This document shows positions 20,641-30,244 of a stretch of 64,000 nucleotides of DNA, piece by piece. The notes under the pieces are model-generated. The model was given only the letters and a program-made list of their open reading frames with translations, did not search any database and was not told where the DNA came from. The stretch's first letter is position 1. Each line of letters opens with the position of its first letter. The translations under genes were made by a program, and so were the position numbers. The stretch is from Flavobacteriaceae bacterium (GTDB lineage Bacteria > Bacteroidota > Bacteroidia > Flavobacteriales > Flavobacteriaceae), in assembly GCA_041392175.1 (NCBI GenBank), contig JAWKMP010000007.1:6134-70133 (forward strand), given 5' to 3'.

Positions 20641-21114
20641 TTAGAACCCTCTGCCCACCCGATAGGGGGCGCACCTTGGGCAAATACCAAAGGGGGGGCA
20701 AGGATCCATCAAATCCAAACCGCGCTGCTCTTTATACACAAAATTGGTGACTTTGGTAGAGCCATCGGCAGCATATGGTGCATTTCCTCCAATGGCCGAA
20801 TATTTCTGCTGAAGGGCCTCTACATTGTAAGAATTGTTGGTTTTGTATTGTTCCTGTTTTTCAATGGCAGCAGCCATATCTACCGCTTGCCAATAATTGG
20901 AAGAAGTTACTTTATTGAAATCGGAAAGGCTTCGGATACTAAAATCCCTTTTCGAGCCAAAATTAATATCAAAGGCACTTAATTCGGGAACTTCGGGTAG
21001 GGACTCGGCGGTAATGGTAAAATAGCGAGATTCAAAATCGTACTGTGCCCAGGTGGCTAAGGGAAGTAAAATGAATATAAAAAAGCTCTTTTTCATCCGC
21101 ATCAAAAATATCAA
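20641..21114 (-). CDS. Secreted hypothetical protein
   Basis: Signal peptide (true start probably MKKSFF); Cys-rich tail CPPFGICPRC. Confidence 0.7.
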   Translation of the reverse strand: MIFLMRMKKSFFIFILLPLATWAQYDFESRYFTITAESLPEVPELSAFDINFGSKRDFSIRSLSDFNKVTSSNYWQAVDMAAAIEKQEQYKTNNSYNVEALQQKYSAIGGNAPYAADGSTKVTNFVYKEQRGLDLMDPCPPFGICPRCAPYRVGRGF

Positions 21115-21141
21115 AAATGCTGCCTAAGTGATTTTCTCTTT

Positions 21142-22263
21142 TTAAATATTTAACTTATTGGCAGTATCCTTGGCAATCGCGTCTTTGTGAACGGTAATGC
21201 TCATGGCCTTTAGGCGCATGTAACTTTCACTAAAATATACATAACCGCCATTGGCATTCCTGTTGGGATCGGTGCCCCAACTGTTCTTCACCTTATAGTA
21301 AACAGTACCATTTTGGTCTTTCAGTTTTCCCGTAATGTGCATTAAATGATCGTCTGTGGTATCATAATTTTCAAATTCATCCTGACGGTATTGCTGCGAG
21401 ATGGTTTTTTCGGGATAAATCCCTTGCAAGGCTTTTACATTATTTTCGGCATCCTCTGGAATCACTGCTACCCCGTCTTTGGAAGAGAAAGTGCGCTCGC
21501 TTACATCGCAGTCCAATTCTACCGTAAAACCATTTTCCAGAGCGTGGTTTATTGTAGCCATCATCTCGTCCAGCGGAACATTGTACATGCTTCCATTGCT
21601 CCAATTATCGGGGATATTCAATAGGAAAGACGAATAAAAAGGGGCTTGGGTAAAGCTGGTGAGGGTTATATAATCCTTGGGTTGAATACCGGTCATTTCG
21701 GCAAACGTCATTGGGGTATAACTTTTCCCTTCATACATGAACGTAGCGGGATTTTTGCCCAAATAAATATCCAAAACGGCCTCAATAGCAGGTTTCCATT
21801 GCTTGCTCAGTTTCCTTCCAGGATTGTCCACATAGGTTTTTAACATGGACTCGAGCACGGCAGCCAACTCGGCATGATTGTAACTATCTGCTCCATCCAT
21901 ATACCCACTGAATACTTCCTGTGGCACCATCCCAAAATCCCGCACCGAGTTCATCACGTCATGGGCCAATCCGCCTTCACCAAATTGAGCCCTTCCTTGC
22001 CGCAGGACATAATTTTCGGCTTTTTTTGGGTAGGTATTCCGCACTTGGTACATTTCGGAAAGATCAATGTGTTTTCCTGTAAGACGAATAATTTCACTTT
22101 CCAAAAAGGAGGTACTCGAAAAGCTCCAACAGGTCCCCGTCACCCCTTGGCTAATCACCGGAGTAGCCTCTAGGTCAATAAGTTCGGTAAAACGATAGCG
22201 TTGTTGGGCGAACGAAAAGGCGGTAAATAAACATACTGCGAAAAAAAATAAGGGTTTCTTCAT
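21142..22263 (-). CDS. C1 family cysteine aminopeptidase (bleomycin hydrolase-like)
   Basis: QGVTGTCWSFS, DDHLMHITG, VKNSWG catalytic motifs. Confidence 0.92.
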   Translation of the reverse strand: MKKPLFFFAVCLFTAFSFAQQRYRFTELIDLEATPVISQGVTGTCWSFSSTSFLESEIIRLTGKHIDLSEMYQVRNTYPKKAENYVLRQGRAQFGEGGLAHDVMNSVRDFGMVPQEVFSGYMDGADSYNHAELAAVLESMLKTYVDNPGRKLSKQWKPAIEAVLDIYLGKNPATFMYEGKSYTPMTFAEMTGIQPKDYITLTSFTQAPFYSSFLLNIPDNWSNGSMYNVPLDEMMATINHALENGFTVELDCDVSERTFSSKDGVAVIPEDAENNVKALQGIYPEKTISQQYRQDEFENYDTTDDHLMHITGKLKDQNGTVYYKVKNSWGTDPNRNANGGYVYFSESYMRLKAMSITVHKDAIAKDTANKLNI

Positions 22264-22319
22264 GCTAAAAATTTTGTCACTTCGAATATTCCAAAATAAC
22301 GGAATGAAACGAGAAGTAG

Positions 22320-22327
22320 TATCTTTG
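22320..22327 (+). promoter_or_regulatory. Bacteroidota -7 promoter element for menB
   Basis: TATCTTTG, 17 nt upstream of the ATG. Confidence 0.55.
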
Positions 22328-22344
22328 AGGTAAATTTACAAATT

Positions 22345-23184
22345 ATGAATACACCGCATTGGAAAACCGCCAAAGAATATACCGATATCACCTATAAAAA
22401 ATGCAACGGCGTAGCCCGTATTGCTTTCAACCGTCCCGAAGTACGCAATGCCTTTCGCCCCAAAACCACCAGCGAATTGCTCGATGCCTTTCACGATGCG
22501 CAGGAAGATACTTCCATTGGTGTGGTGTTGCTTTCTGCCGAAGGGCCTTCACCCAAAGATGGGGTGTATAGTTTTTGTAGCGGGGGAGACCAAGCCGCAC
22601 GTGGCCATCAAGGCTATGTGGGAGATGATGGCTACCACCGTTTGAATATCCTGGAAGTACAGCGGCTCATTCGCTTTATGCCCAAAGCCGTAATAGCGGT
22701 AGTCCCCGGTTGGGCCGTAGGAGGGGGGCACAGTCTTCATGTGGTGTGCGATATGACCCTGGCGAGCAAGGAGCACGCTATTTTTAAACAAACCGATGCC
22801 GATGTCACTAGTTTTGATGGGGGCTACGGAAGTGCCTACCTCGCCAAAATGGTGGGACAGAAAAAAGCCCGTGAAATCTTTTTCTTGGGAAGGAATTACA
22901 GCGCTCAGGAAGCTTTTGAAATGGGTATGGTGAACGCCGTTGTTCCGCACGAAGCATTGGAACAAACGGCCTATGAATGGGCTCAGGAAGTATTGGCCAA
23001 GAGTCCTATCTCCATCAAAATGCTCAAGTTTGCCATGAATTTGACCGATGACGGAATGGTGGGCCAACAAGTATTTGCAGGGGAAGCTACCCGATTGGCT
23101 TATATGACCGATGAAGCCAAGGAAGGGCGTGATGCCTTTTTGGAAAAACGCAAACCCAATTTCAATAAAAAGTGGTTACCCTAA
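22345..23184 (+). CDS. menB: 1,4-dihydroxy-2-naphthoyl-CoA synthase
   Basis: FNRPEVRNAFRP, FCSGGDQ, SFDGGYG, GQKKAREIFFL. Confidence 0.95.
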   Translation: MNTPHWKTAKEYTDITYKKCNGVARIAFNRPEVRNAFRPKTTSELLDAFHDAQEDTSIGVVLLSAEGPSPKDGVYSFCSGGDQAARGHQGYVGDDGYHRLNILEVQRLIRFMPKAVIAVVPGWAVGGGHSLHVVCDMTLASKEHAIFKQTDADVTSFDGGYGSAYLAKMVGQKKAREIFFLGRNYSAQEAFEMGMVNAVVPHEALEQTAYEWAQEVLAKSPISIKMLKFAMNLTDDGMVGQQVFAGEATRLAYMTDEAKEGRDAFLEKRKPNFNKKWLP

Positions 23185-23187
23185 TAG

Positions 23188-24486
23188 ATGCCCAATACCG
23201 CCAATAAAATTAGCCTTAAGGAGGCCATTTCCATTGGAATTGGCGGAATGGTGGGTGGTGGAATTTTTGCCGTACTGGGTCTTGCTGTATCCATCGCCAA
23301 AGGGGGAACGCCCATTGCTTTCTTATGGGCAGGTATTTTGGCTTTAATTACTTCCTACAGTTACGTAAAACTCTCTAAAGCATATCCCGATAGAGGAGGA
23401 ACCGTAAAGTTCATAAATCAAGGATTTGGAACTTCTATATTTAGCGGAGCCATGAATAATGTATTGTGGATTAGCTACATTATCATGTTGTCCCTCTACG
23501 CTTCTGCCTTTGGCTCCTATGCTCCAAACCTCTGGTCGATGACCGGTGATGCTACGGTGGATTTTCACATCTATGCAAGTGCTATTATTGTTTTTGCTAC
23601 AATCATTAATTATTATAGTATCAAGGTGGTGGGAAAGATTGAATCCTATGCAGTGGTCATTAAACTCATCATTTTAATGGGGTTTGTTGGGCTGGGTGCC
23701 TATGGCCTTGTGGGTAATCCCAATTTGTCTCAATTGGCGTTATCCCATTGGGAGTCTCCCTTGCAATTGTTTGCCGGGGGCATGGTTATTTTTGTCGCCT
23801 ATGAAGGGTTTGAACTCATCGCCAATGCCGCTCCAGACATTCGTAATCCCGAAAAGAACATTGCTAGGGCCTATTATTACTCTGTTATTTTTGTGATGCT
23901 ATTGTATATTGTTATTGCCGTGGTTACCGTAGGTTCTTTGCCTTTCGAAAAAATAAAAACTGCCCAAGACTATGTATTGGCCGAAGCCGCCCGTCCCATG
24001 TTGGGTAGGATTGGCTTTACCACCATCACCATTGCGGCGCTCATTTCTACCTTTTCAGCGATTAATGCCTCGTTATATGGGGGCAGTAGGGTCAATTTTG
24101 AAATTGCCCAAGACGATGAACTGCCACATCACTTCCTTGCCAAATTATGGAACCAGCCCATTGGGCTACTCATCACGGCCTTAGCCACATTGGTATTGGT
24201 CAACCTCTTGCAATTGGAGAGCATCTCCACGGCAGGGAGCATTGGATTTTTGCTCATTTTTGGAACGGTAAATTGGGTGGGCTATAAAAAGGCAAAAGAG
24301 ATACAATCCCGTAGCACTATTCCACTTTTGGGGGCTGTGCTTTGTATCATCGCAGCAGGTGTGCTGGTCTACCAAGAGCTCCAAAGCAATAAAGTGGGCA
24401 TTTTGGTTTCGTTAGGTATTCTGGCCTTTTGCTTTTTGCTGGAATGGCTTTACAAATCCAATGAATCCTTTTTTAAAAAACAATAA
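23188..24486 (+). CDS. APC family amino acid permease
   Basis: GGMVGGGIF, FVAYEGFELI; about 12 hydrophobic segments. Confidence 0.9.
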   Translation: MPNTANKISLKEAISIGIGGMVGGGIFAVLGLAVSIAKGGTPIAFLWAGILALITSYSYVKLSKAYPDRGGTVKFINQGFGTSIFSGAMNNVLWISYIIMLSLYASAFGSYAPNLWSMTGDATVDFHIYASAIIVFATIINYYSIKVVGKIESYAVVIKLIILMGFVGLGAYGLVGNPNLSQLALSHWESPLQLFAGGMVIFVAYEGFELIANAAPDIRNPEKNIARAYYYSVIFVMLLYIVIAVVTVGSLPFEKIKTAQDYVLAEAARPMLGRIGFTTITIAALISTFSAINASLYGGSRVNFEIAQDDELPHHFLAKLWNQPIGLLITALATLVLVNLLQLESISTAGSIGFLLIFGTVNWVGYKKAKEIQSRSTIPLLGAVLCIIAAGVLVYQELQSNKVGILVSLGILAFCFLLEWLYKSNESFFKKQ

Positions 24487-24493
24487 GTTATTT

Positions 24494-25669
24494 ATGAAGC
24501 TTTATTTTTATTCTCTCTTAGCGGCGTTCTTTATCGTTTCTTCCTGTTCCGAAAAAGCAAGTATTTCGGGTGTTTTGGAAGTTCCCGAAGACAATAGCTA
24601 TACCCTCTATCTTATTCAGCCCCAGGGCTTCAACGAAATCGCTTCACCTTATTTTGGAACTGTCATTGATTCAGCCATCGTTCAAAAGGATGGAAGTTTT
24701 GCTTTTCGGAATTTGCCTACCCTAACAGCGCCTACGCTTTTTGTAATTGCCCTGCAGCCCCAAGGAAACCGGCCCAATCAATTAATCAATGACAATCCCA
24801 CCACCGATAATTATATGCCACTGGTTTGGCAAACGGGCGAAATCCTTTCCATCACCGCCAATAGTGCACGCTTTCAGCAAAGCTTTTCAATCCAAAATCC
24901 TTCCACAGCAAATAGTGCCATGCTACAACTTCGGAATGCAAAAGTGGTCGCCTTTCAGCAATTTTTGCAAAACAAGGAGTGGGATATCCATGAGGGGACC
25001 CAATTGCTGGAAAAAGAAGATGCTTTGTTGGAGTACCAAAAAGCAATGATAGATTTTGCTCAAACCACCGATGCTTTCCTACCTGCCCTTGTGGCCGTTC
25101 GCTGGGTGAGCCCACAACAGGATTATGAGCGTACTGCCGAATTTCTCTTTGCTCAATGCGAACGTTGGAAAGAAAAAGAACCCGCGCACCCTTGGACGCA
25201 GCAATTATGTGAAAAAGCAGATAAGTCGGCGTTGCCCGTATTGGTTGGGGATTCTTTTCCGAACACCGAATTACCCATGCTCTCTGGTGAAATGGCCCCA
25301 TTATATCCTCAATTGGGAAGCAAACTTACCATTATCGATCTGTGGGCCTCCTGGTGCGTGCCCTGCCGAAAAGAAAACCGTGAGATCCTAGTGCCGTTGT
25401 GGGAAGCCTACCACGATAAGGGATTTCAGATCTTGGGCTACGGACTGGAAAGCAATGAAGCTGCCTGGAAAGCCGCCATTGAAAAAGATGGTGCCTATCG
25501 CTGGCCCCATGCCTCCCACCTACAAGGGGACGACGCTCCTTTTATGCAAGTGCTGCGCATTCAAACCATTCCTGCCAATTTTATTTTGGATGCCCAAGGG
25601 AAAGTGATTGCCAAAAACCTCCACGGAAATCATTTGGCCCGTTTTGTGGAAACCTATCTAAAATCTTGA
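24494..25669 (+). CDS. TlpA-like thiol:disulfide oxidoreductase lipoprotein
   Basis: Lipobox (SSC), DLWASWCVPCR, IPANFILD; second ATG chosen as start. Confidence 0.85.
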   Translation: MKLYFYSLLAAFFIVSSCSEKASISGVLEVPEDNSYTLYLIQPQGFNEIASPYFGTVIDSAIVQKDGSFAFRNLPTLTAPTLFVIALQPQGNRPNQLINDNPTTDNYMPLVWQTGEILSITANSARFQQSFSIQNPSTANSAMLQLRNAKVVAFQQFLQNKEWDIHEGTQLLEKEDALLEYQKAMIDFAQTTDAFLPALVAVRWVSPQQDYERTAEFLFAQCERWKEKEPAHPWTQQLCEKADKSALPVLVGDSFPNTELPMLSGEMAPLYPQLGSKLTIIDLWASWCVPCRKENREILVPLWEAYHDKGFQILGYGLESNEAAWKAAIEKDGAYRWPHASHLQGDDAPFMQVLRIQTIPANFILDAQGKVIAKNLHGNHLARFVETYLKS

Positions 25670-25757
25670 TATTTATTCCTGTGGAGATATGATTTTTATC
25701 ATTTATTGGGAGGTGGTGTTGAGGTAATTTTACAAATCACCAACTAATAGTACCATC

Positions 25758-26138
25758 ATGGAAAAATCTAGACCCACTTTCAAATTTCTGCGTATCCTAT
25801 TGGGGTTATTCCTCATTGCCTACGCATTGAACAAATTTTTGCACATCGTTCCCAATAGTTATGGAGCCATGCCTGCTGTGACGCAAGACTTTTTGGATTC
25901 GGTGGCCATGTACCTGCCCATTTTATATATTTTTGAGATACTCATTGGGCTGTTTTTGGTTTTCAACAAATGGAAAACCTTTATCTACATTGTCCTTTTT
26001 CCGTTATCCATTGCTTTTTTAATGTTTGGGCTCATCAATCAAAATGTTGTGCAGTTACTCCCCGCTTTGTTTGTAGCTGTGGTGAATGGTATTCTCATTC
26101 TATCCCGAAAGGAGAAGTACAGTACGCTTTTTGATTAA
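25758..26138 (+). CDS. DoxX-like membrane protein
   Basis: RILLGLFLIAYALNKF; 4 TM segments. Confidence 0.75.
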   Translation: MEKSRPTFKFLRILLGLFLIAYALNKFLHIVPNSYGAMPAVTQDFLDSVAMYLPILYIFEILIGLFLVFNKWKTFIYIVLFPLSIAFLMFGLINQNVVQLLPALFVAVVNGILILSRKEKYSTLFD

Positions 26139-26169
26139 ATGAATTGAGACTGTTGAAGGAATAGTGAGG

Positions 26170-27330
26170 TTAAAAAAGATCGAAGGAAATACCCTCTAGG
26201 CTAAAATAATCATAGAGGATATCATCCCCTGCCATGTAGATCACCTGCCCATTGGTATTGATGTCAACACGGATGCCTCCATTTTGCATCCCGGTGCATA
26301 TTTTTCGTTTGGAAGGGCGATACCCCACAGGGAGTGTAAATATCACACTTCCCGAACCCACAATAAGGTTGGTATTTCTTACCAGTCCCCTTAAATAGAC
26401 CCTATTGTTATGTTTATAATACCCCGCATTTTCATAGGTACTACTGTAATTGGTCCAACTGGCGGTTAATGTGGCGTTGGTTGGACTTTCAACCGTTTCA
26501 ACCGTGTAATTGGCATCGGCAAACTCTTTGGTGATCAATGCTTTTGAATCGGTGATTTCGGTCATGTCCAAACTAGGCGCTGTGATGGTTCCATCTTTTA
26601 AGATAAGAAGTGCATTGCTCCGGCTGGCCGTGCTTGTGCCATTACCCACCACAAGTAGGGGATCGGTGGACACAAATGCCGTGGCATTCCCGGTACCAAT
26701 CACATTATAGGTTCCCAAACTGGTTTCTGCATAGGAGGCAGCATAGGTAGACCCCAACGCCGTACCAAAACTCCCCATGGCTTGGCTACCATTCCCCAAG
26801 GCTACAGAACCCGTTCCGTTGGCATTGGTGTTTCTTCCATAGGAAAAAGAATAATCCCCAACCGCCCTGGAAGTAATTCCTCCGGCAAAGGCATAATTTC
26901 CACGAGCCCCTACAAAACTGCTGGCAGAAGCACTGTAGGATAGATCTACTGCGTGAAATCCTATCGTTCCATAATTGGACGGATTGGAATCCTTAAAGCG
27001 CCATCCATATCCATTGCCTTCATCCAATGTCTCCAATTCCCCATCCACCTTTTGCCATTGGGCATTGGCATTATCCCAAAAATAAAACCCTTGTAGGGGA
27101 ACTCCATTTCCGGTGACAAAGACCATCATGCCATCCTGATTAAGGCTAGGGTTGCTCAGTGGGAAATTATCTACTTTCGGAATAAGGATCCCATCGGTAG
27201 CCGATGGGCTGGCCTGGTTGGTGGACACGATGTCCAAAAGGGCATTGGGACTCGTGGTGTTGATGCCCACTTGGGCGTAGGTTAAGCTGAGGCAAAAAAA
27301 GGAAACAATGAACAGTTGGGCAGGTTTCAT
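26170..27330 (-). CDS. Secreted fibre/adhesin-like protein
   Basis: Start reassigned to MKPAQLF (signal peptide). Contains AQVGINTTSP..LDI, YadA-head-like Gly/Ala repeats and C-terminal IFTLPVGYRP. Confidence 0.7.
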   Translation of the reverse strand: MKPAQLFIVSFFCLSLTYAQVGINTTSPNALLDIVSTNQASPSATDGILIPKVDNFPLSNPSLNQDGMMVFVTGNGVPLQGFYFWDNANAQWQKVDGELETLDEGNGYGWRFKDSNPSNYGTIGFHAVDLSYSASASSFVGARGNYAFAGGITSRAVGDYSFSYGRNTNANGTGSVALGNGSQAMGSFGTALGSTYAASYAETSLGTYNVIGTGNATAFVSTDPLLVVGNGTSTASRSNALLILKDGTITAPSLDMTEITDSKALITKEFADANYTVETVESPTNATLTASWTNYSSTYENAGYYKHNNRVYLRGLVRNTNLIVGSGSVIFTLPVGYRPSKRKICTGMQNGGIRVDINTNGQVIYMAGDDILYDYFSLEGISFDLF

Positions 27331-27414
27331 AACAAAGGGATTCAAAGTTGCTTTATTGCCTAACAAACGTATGATGTTCCTTCCGTTCTTAAAATACGTA
27401 GAAGGTAAAAATAA

Positions 27415-27430
27415 TACGTACCCCCACGTA
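27415..27430. promoter_or_regulatory. Putative regulator binding site TACGTA-N4-CACGTA
   Basis: Its reverse complement matches the motif at 30142-30157 at 15 of 16 positions. Confidence 0.45.
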
Positions 27431-27434
27431 CTCC

Positions 27435-28079
27435 CTATACCATATCCAGTAACTCCATATTTTCCTTGGCCCAAGCACTTAGGGCATCAATATGGGAAGG
27501 GAGTTCCAACTTGCTAATAATATTGGCTCGGTGTTTTTCAACCGTTCGGTAGGAAATGGTAAGCAGTTCTCCTATTTCTTTGGAGGATTTTCCCTTTCCT
27601 ACCAGTCGCAGGATGGTCCGTTCGGAAGGGGTGAGGTATTTGAGTTTCTCCAATTCGGGCGAAACTTCATGGCGCAGGATGTCCTTAAAGGTTTTGCTGT
27701 AATAGGGCTCTCCTTTTACCACACTTTGGATACAGCGATGTACTTCCTGAAAGGGCTCTTCTTTCAAAATATACCCTAGAATCCCAAGCTCCTTGGTTTG
27801 TAGGATAAGCCCCTTTTCTTTGTGGGAGGTTAAAATAATGAATTGGGTGGGCAACTGCTGCTCCCTGCATTTTTGAATGACTTCGATGCCTGTGAGAAAG
27901 GGCATTTCAATATCCAGCAAGGCGATGGTGGGTTGAAGGTCAATAATCAAGTCCAAGGCTTTAGCACCATGCTCGGCACCCCCCAAAACCGTATACTGGA
28001 AGCTTTTCAATTCTTCTATTAATCCCTTTAAAAGGATGGGATGGTCGTCTGCTACCACAAGGGAAATGGTTGAGGTCAT
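27435..28079 (-). CDS. NarL/LuxR family response regulator
   Basis: VVADDH, LLDIEMP receiver; LTPSE..TVEKHRANIISKL HTH. Confidence 0.92.
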   Translation of the reverse strand: MTSTISLVVADDHPILLKGLIEELKSFQYTVLGGAEHGAKALDLIIDLQPTIALLDIEMPFLTGIEVIQKCREQQLPTQFIILTSHKEKGLILQTKELGILGYILKEEPFQEVHRCIQSVVKGEPYYSKTFKDILRHEVSPELEKLKYLTPSERTILRLVGKGKSSKEIGELLTISYRTVEKHRANIISKLELPSHIDALSAWAKENMELLDMV

Positions 28080-28080
28080 A

Positions 28081-30091
28081 CTACGGCTTTAGGGTTGCAC
28101 TTAATTGGGTTCCTTTTCCTTTCTTGCTATCAATGATGAGCGTTCCGCCCAACATTTTAATACGCTCTGCCATGGTCTTGAGTCCTAGGCTATTCTTTTG
28201 AAGGCTTTCAATATCCTCAAATCCGGTACCGTTGTCTTCAATATGAACCGTTACATAGGCCCCTTTTTTCTCAATGGTCACACTCAATGCCTTTGCTTGC
28301 GAATGTTTTACCACATTGTGGACGGCTTCCTGTACAAACCGAAAAAAGTGAAGCGTTTGTGCTTCCTTAAAGCAGTCATCAATAGCAGCTATTTCGGAAG
28401 AAACAAACAAAGGAGTTTCTTCATCTACCTCATACAGCAATTGGGTGATGGCCTTGGTAAGCCCCACTTTTTGTAACATGGGCGGATATAGGGCACGGGA
28501 AATGCTACGTACTTCCTCCAGGGTGGTAGCCGTCATGGACGCCAATTCGGGTTGCGCTAGATTTTGGGCTTTCTTTTGTATCAAGGTGAGTTGCTGGCCT
28601 ACACTGTCGTGCAGTTCCTTGGCTACCCGGGTACGCTCCTTTTCTTGGGCCTGCATGAGTTCCTGAGAAAAAAGGGCTTGCTGCCATTGTTGTTTTTTGT
28701 AGGTGTTTCGGGAGCGCACTAGCAGCACAAAGCCAAAGAGCAATAGCAAACCCAGCGAACCAAACAAAATCCATTGGTTTTTCACTTTGTTCTTTTCTGC
28801 CAATATCGCTAAATCACTTTCTTGGGTTTTGATCTTTAGGTCCCGTTTTTCGGTTTCGTATAAGGTTTGGTAGTAGGAGAGGCCTTGTACCTTTTGGGCG
28901 CTGTTAATGGAATCGTTCAGCTGGTTAAAACGTTGTAAATGCCGTAGGGCCTTTTCGGGATTTCCTATTTTCTCATAGGCGTTGGCTAAGAACGCTTCCG
29001 CATCCATCAATTCTTCATATTCTTGGTTTTCCTCACGTTGGGCCAAATTCTTTTCTCCCACTTCAATGGCTTTTACATAGTTGCCCGTAGCAAAATAGTA
29101 ATGTTTCAAGGCAAGGAGGTAGGAACGGTTTTTATGCGGATCTAGCAAGGCTTCAGGGTCTTCTTCCAAATGGTCCAAATACCTTTTGGCTTCCGTAAGG
29201 TTGCCTACATCCAAATAGGCACGCACCAAGGCCGAAAGGATAGGAATTTCGGTAATGGCCTTGAATTCCGATTGTTGATTGGTGGCATAGGAGGCCAGTA
29301 GGCTTTCAATGCGCTTTTGGTTTTGGTGCATTTTTCGGTAATCGGTGGCGGCATTGTAATGTAGGGCAATCAAGTTTTCCAGTTCGTGGGAAGCTTCCGA
29401 AAGCACAATGGCCTCGGTACGGATGTCCTGTGCTTCCTTGTAAAACCCATTCTGGCTGTAAAGAATGGACAAGGCAATCTTGCAATTAATCACATTAAAG
29501 GTATCCTTTTCCCTTGCAAAATAGGGTTCGGCGTTGCGCAGCACCTTGGAGGCTGCTGCAAAGTCGCCCTGCATGGAGAGGGCTTGGCCAATGTACAATT
29601 CTGAAAGGCCCTGGTAGCGCACATAGCCTATTTCGGTAGCCAGCACTTTGGCTTTTCCGGAACAAAGGCAATGGCAGCTTCGTTTTCGCTAGATCTTGAT
29701 ACGCATTTCCGGCGTTAAGGTACATACGGGCCAAATCCTTTGGTCCAATTTTTCAGAGGAATTCGTACTGTTTGAATAGTTCAACGGCTTGCGAAGGGTC
29801 TCCCAAATAGGACTTACGGTAATAGATGAGGTCCGAAATATTATCGGCAGCTATGGCCAGCGAGTCTTCCGCTAGGGCAAAATCAATCGTTGCCCTTGCG
29901 AGGGAATCATAATGGTGTTCTGCCTGGAACTCTACGGCACTCGTAAGGCTGTCCATCCACACCAACCGTTCCCCATGGGTAGTCATGGCAATACGCTCTT
30001 GATAGCGTTGCAGTTGTTGGGCCAGATTGGGTTCCTGGCACCACAATGGGGAGATTGCTGCCCACCAAAAAAGGACAAAATAAATACGCAT
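28081..30091 (-). CDS. TPR-containing HisKA_3 sensor histidine kinase (frameshifted at about 29650-29760)
   Basis: Three consecutive minus-strand ORFs (30091-29753, 29734-, 29646-28081). Signal peptide, TPRs, TM, ERTRVAKELHDSVGQ, EAVHNVVKHS, DNGTGF. Confidence 0.8.
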
Positions 30092-30141
30092 ATACGTAGT
30101 GCTTGGCTACTCAAAGATATTGAAATTACCACAGCCTTAGG

Positions 30142-30157
30142 TACGTAGGGGTACGTA
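30142..30157. promoter_or_regulatory. Putative regulator binding site TACGTA-N4-TACGTA
   Basis: Lies between the divergent kinase and GMC genes, upstream of a minus-strand TATCTTTG at 30112-30119. Confidence 0.45.
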
Positions 30158-30244
30158 GCAAAAATAAAGTACCAAAGTTGTAAATATAATTGTACTTTTA
30201 AAACAAGTTTGAACTAGACAACTAACCAAACACTCTCTTATTTC

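Noticed and set aside
27331-27474. N-terminal extension of the fibre-like ORF
   Set aside because: It overlaps the response regulator and regulatory motifs; the signal peptide begins at ATG 27330.
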